Source: an uncultured bacterium (GTDB lineage Bacteria > Krumholzibacteriota > Krumholzibacteriia > Krumholzibacteriales > Krumholzibacteriaceae). From it: a stretch of 16,026 nucleotides of DNA. The notes under the pieces were generated by a model that was not told where the DNA came from, did not search any database, and was given only the letters and a program-made list of their open reading frames with translations. Position 1 is the first letter of the stretch. Every line of letters starts with the position of its first letter. The stretch is from assembly GCA_965371515.1 (NCBI GenBank), contig CBDUYR010000057.1, positions 1 through 16,026 on the forward strand. Direction: 5' to 3'. This document shows, one piece after another, positions 14,392 through 16,026 of this stretch. The position numbers were made by a program, and so were the translations under genes.

Positions 14392-15891
14392 TCAGTTGAT
14401 GTATTTCGTAAACCACAGTATAGCTCCGAGCTGCTGCCGTTCGGCGTCGGTTTCCTCCTGTTTTCCGAGGCCGTACTCGAGGTGCATGGCGACGTTCCAC
14501 CCGCCCACGTAGGCGTCGAAACCCGCGGTGATCCTCGACGCGTCGATGTTCCTCGGCAGCTTGATCCACCTGTCTATCGGATAGTCGATATATTCGTAGC
14601 CTGCCCTGAACGAATAGATATTGGATATGTTCTTCTCCAGGGCGACGCGGCCGATGTTCGAGGTATGATCCGCCTTTCTGTACAGGCTCGCCCCGTTGTC
14701 GTACACCTCGATATCGTACTTTTTATAGATGTATTCGCCGAGGATCATCATGTCGATCGGAGCGAATCTGTACGCCAGTCCGATGCCGGCCGAATACATC
14801 GAGTAGGGATTGTCGTACAGGAGAACCTCCTCGAAGTCGGGCCTGATACCCCATCCGTCGTTGCTGAGGTACCTGGCGCTGATGCCCAGTGCGAGCGGCT
14901 TCGCCGAAGGGGCGTACCTCGCGCGGAAATCGACGTCCACGAGCTCTTCCTTCCAGTATCCCTTGGAAAACTGACGGGTGGCGCTGTACTTGACCTCGTT
15001 CTCGCTTATTCCGCCTCTCGCCGTCACTCCGGCGGTAATATCTTCGCCGAGATAGAATCCCTGCAGGTCGACATGATGGCTTATCTCGATATCGGTGATC
15101 GTATAGGAGCTGAACGACCGGATCTCGAATATCCCGTCTCCGGAGTATCCCTGGATCACGTTGTCGAACCCCTCGTCCGGCCGCGCGAACTGCGTCCTGT
15201 TCTGCAGCCTCGCCGGCCTGTAGGCGACGCCGAGGACCCACTTTCCGGCCGGCTGCCATGTCAGCCCGAAGATCCCCTGGAAGTAGTTGTGTACGATCTC
15301 GGGCCTCGTATAAACCTGCTTGAGCCCGGTGTTGATATCGTAATCAAACCCCGCGCCGAAATAGAGTCTGTCTGTGAGCCTTATCGCCCAGTCGACGCTT
15401 GTCCTCGGACCGTAGTAGTCGAAATCTCCCGTCGTCTCGTCGTTGAGATAGAAGGGATCGTTGTACTGGTCGGTTTCGAGGTTCCTGAACACTTCGCGGT
15501 TGCGCAGGCGCTGATAGTCGATATACCCCCTCACGACCTGCCTGTCGCTGAGCAACTTGATGCCCTCTACGCCTATGTAAAGATCGTTGACGAGATGCGG
15601 GTCAAAGTCGCGCCTCAGGTCGCCCGATATCTCGTAGAGGCTTCCGCTTAACCTCAGGTAGCGAAAGTCGAAGTCCTGCAGCAGCCAGGCGGGGTTCCGC
15701 CCGAAATCGTAAGGGTTGATCCGGTTGTCCCGGTCTTCGAGGGCGAGCCGGGCATCGGCCAGAGATTTGATCCTGATCCCGTCTCCGCGCGCCGGCAAGG
15801 GCTGAAGGGCGACGATCGCCGCCGCAAAGACCATCAGTACGAGACGGAATGTTCTGCCCGAATTCAATCTCACTTTATCCTCCATCGACAT
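14392..15891 (-). CDS. Outer-membrane beta-barrel protein, DUF6850-like
   Basis: Signal peptide, N-terminal NPYDFGRNPAWL, about 500 aa of amphipathic Gly/aromatic strands (FGAGFDYDI, GIFGLTWQP, AGIGLAYRF, FRAGYEYID), and position directly after a DUF4876-like gene. Confidence 0.75.
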   Translation of the reverse strand: MSMEDKVRLNSGRTFRLVLMVFAAAIVALQPLPARGDGIRIKSLADARLALEDRDNRINPYDFGRNPAWLLQDFDFRYLRLSGSLYEISGDLRRDFDPHLVNDLYIGVEGIKLLSDRQVVRGYIDYQRLRNREVFRNLETDQYNDPFYLNDETTGDFDYYGPRTSVDWAIRLTDRLYFGAGFDYDINTGLKQVYTRPEIVHNYFQGIFGLTWQPAGKWVLGVAYRPARLQNRTQFARPDEGFDNVIQGYSGDGIFEIRSFSSYTITDIEISHHVDLQGFYLGEDITAGVTARGGISENEVKYSATRQFSKGYWKEELVDVDFRARYAPSAKPLALGISARYLSNDGWGIRPDFEEVLLYDNPYSMYSAGIGLAYRFAPIDMMILGEYIYKKYDIEVYDNGASLYRKADHTSNIGRVALEKNISNIYSFRAGYEYIDYPIDRWIKLPRNIDASRITAGFDAYVGGWNVAMHLEYGLGKQEETDAERQQLGAILWFTKYIN

Positions 15892-15894
15892 TAC

Positions 15895-16026
15895 CTACTG
15901 CCAGCCCGGAGACGGCGGAAAGATTATTTCGAAGTCGAACGTGCTGTTGTTTGAGTCGAGGCCGGGGAACCTGCGCTGCACCGAACTGGCGCTGTACTTG
16001 CCCATCCCGATTCCCGCCAGTCCGGC
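15895..16026 (-). CDS. C-terminal end of a DUF4876-like protein (partial; not in the supplied ORF track)
   Basis: Manual translation AGLAGIGMGKYSASSVQRRFPGLDSNNSTFDFEIIFPPSPGWQ* matches the recalled DUF4876 ending (Y..SV.R...DTNNS..DF....P.P). TAG lies 3 nt before the barrel ATG. Confidence 0.7.
   Translation of the reverse strand, partial: AGLAGIGMGKYSASSVQRRFPGLDSNNSTFDFEIIFPPSPGWQ

Noticed and set aside
12367..15651. Plus-strand ORFs (171, 439 and 389 aa) opposite the propeller and barrel genes
   Set aside because: Shadows explained by the codon bias of the minus-strand genes.

Overview
GC-rich bacterial window, probably from an FCB-superphylum lineage (inferred from the NYPNPFNP-type T9SS sorting domain and the DUF4876/DUF6850-like pair). 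From left to right it contains: (1) the 3' end of a TPR-rich protein gene; (2) an intact AbiEi-type antitoxin followed by an AbiEii-type toxin that breaks off after about 71 codons, just before its catalytic motif; (3) a small, very Arg-rich secreted protein; (4) a minus-strand operon of arylamine N-acetyltransferase, DUF4416, LytS-type kinase and LytTR regulator; (5) a divergent, atypical 783-aa transketolase-like gene with GEG in place of GDG; (6) a minus-strand envelope cluster of a DUF4876-like protein (partial), a DUF6850-like outer-membrane barrel, a T9SS-secreted Asp-box beta-propeller protein and an exported tricorn protease. The envelope cluster is the best candidate for an undescribed system. 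No rRNA, tRNA, CRISPR array or transposase was recognised. All family calls come from recognising motifs by eye; no searches were run.
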